A DNA stretch of 64,000 nucleotides, taken from contig JACVGT010000001.1 in the NCBI GenBank assembly GCA_018992685.1, positions 32,001-96,000 on the forward strand. Direction: 5' to 3'. The stretch is from Theionarchaea archaeon. Lineage in GTDB: Archaea > Methanobacteriota_B > Thermococci > Methanofastidiosales > SZ-28-30. This document shows positions 63,021 through 64,000 of the stretch, in pieces. Numbering within the stretch: the first letter of the stretch is position 1; the number at the start of each line of letters is the position of its first letter. The notes under the pieces are model-generated. The model did no database searches and was not told the DNA's origin. It saw nothing but the letters and a program-made list of their open reading frames with translations. A program made the translations under genes and the position numbers.

Positions 63021-64000
63021 GAAAGCACCTCCACCTCTGAGAATTTCAAGAACGGTGTCAAGCTAGATGATGGAATGAACTGTCGACCCTTTGAGCAGTG
63101 TCTCGTCACGAGTTCCCGTTCTTTTCCCACCCCCTCAAGGTGGGAAAGGATTTCATTCACATTTATTCTCATATTTACGTTACGCACAGAGTATCCCTCT
63201 ACGAGATGGTTCCCAGACTCTGCAACAAGAGACAGAACATCTTGTTCATACTGGAGTTCCGCTGCACCCAGGCTGTCAACAACAATATCAGCTCCTTCAC
63301 ATAGTTCTTCTGTGGATTGATTTCCAGGAAGAACCTGAATATTACTGGTTCGTACCAGGGGTGGACACAGGACACTCTCTGAAAGGGCATTGGCAGTGGG
63401 GTTACACGAGAGAGCACCTGCAGTTTCCCTTGAATGCAGCAAAGAGGTTAAGACGCCTTTTTTAATGACGGGAGTTCCTTCTGCCTTGACACCTTCATCA
63501 TCATAGGAATACTGGCCAAATGCGTTCTCCAGTAACGGGTCATCGATGCATGTGCAATCGTTTGAAGTGATCTCCTCTCCCAGATGGTCAGCCAGCACAC
63601 TCTCCCCTCTCAGCACTTTGTCGGCCTCGAGCCCATGCCCTACGACTTCGTGGATGAGAATTCCAGTAATTTCAGGGGCGAAAACGATGGTGTACTTTCC
63701 TGGGGAAGGCGAACCCACTTTCTTGGGGAATGTGTTCATTTTTTCCTGCAGCTTTCTTATGACCCGCTCCTCTGACAAGAATTCAAGACCATATGGCGCG
63801 ATCAAGAACCCTTCTCGGACGTAGTCTCCCATCAGGGCAAAAATGATTCCTGTGGCTGCTTCCTCTGTTTGAATATGTGATCCCTCCGAATTCTCAAAAA
63901 GGTCCATACTGTAATAGTCATTAAATCCCAGGTAGTAATGGTTAATCAGCGGATTCTCATCAATTCCAGATGATTCTACTAGTGTTCTTATTTCCCTGAT
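63017..64000 (-). CDS. tldD: TldD-family metalloprotease, 5' end beyond the window
   Basis: HEVVGHGLEAD, 'YDDEG', 'VRTSN', 'CSKG'. Frame checked open from 63907 to the window end. Confidence 0.85.
   Translation of the reverse strand: MREIRTLVESSGIDENPLINHYYLGFNDYYSMDLFENSEGSHIQTEEAATGIIFALMGDYVREGFLIAPYGLEFLSEERVIRKLQEKMNTFPKKVGSPSPGKYTIVFAPEITGILIHEVVGHGLEADKVLRGESVLADHLGEEITSNDCTCIDDPLLENAFGQYSYDDEGVKAEGTPVIKKGVLTSLLHSRETAGALSCNPTANALSESVLCPPLVRTSNIQVLPGNQSTEELCEGADIVVDSLGAAELQYEQDVLSLVAESGNHLVEGYSVRNVNMRINVNEILSHLEGVGKERELVTRHCSKGRQFIPSSSLTPFLKFSEVEVLS

Noticed and set aside
1-64000. CRISPR arrays, rRNA genes, IS elements, and the many short antisense ORFs in the track
   Set aside because: No repeat-spacer array, rRNA or transposase seen. 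The short overlapping ORFs are shadows of the real genes.

Overview
Archaeal chromosomal segment. Evidence: archaeal rps13-rps4-rps11-rpoD operon, TBP, intronless tRNA-Tyr with a C1:G72 pair, TTTATA-type TATA boxes, GGAGGTGA ribosome-binding sites and many apparently leaderless genes. Gene content suggests an anaerobic, peptide-fermenting Thermococci-related lineage such as Theionarchaea/Methanofastidiosia; this is inference. Housekeeping and metabolic genes (iorAB, psd, lhr, hypB, TatD, SPFH/NfeD, a glycyl-radical enzyme with its activase) are interspersed with secreted proteases (C25, S8) and a large RHS/YD protein cut by the left edge. Main observations: (1) three short peptide ORFs of 31, 36 and 36 aa, two absent from the ORF track and one present only with a longer upstream start, each with a strong RBS and a following U-rich tract, each heading a candidate RiPP locus. 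The richest locus (22555-28695) combines a WxxP/CSCGC precursor, a prenyltransferase-like alpha/alpha barrel, an rSAM/SPASM enzyme, a PqqD RRE, an rSAM-PP-loop fusion and a B12-dependent rSAM. (2) A shared C-terminal 'GxCLGT-TM-basic' tail on three unrelated secreted enzymes. (3) A TBP with a ~137-aa insertion between its two repeats. (4) A hydroxyproline-dehydratase-like glycyl radical enzyme with CVT instead of CVE, whose activase apparently starts at ATA. All assignments come from reading motifs by eye; no searches were run.
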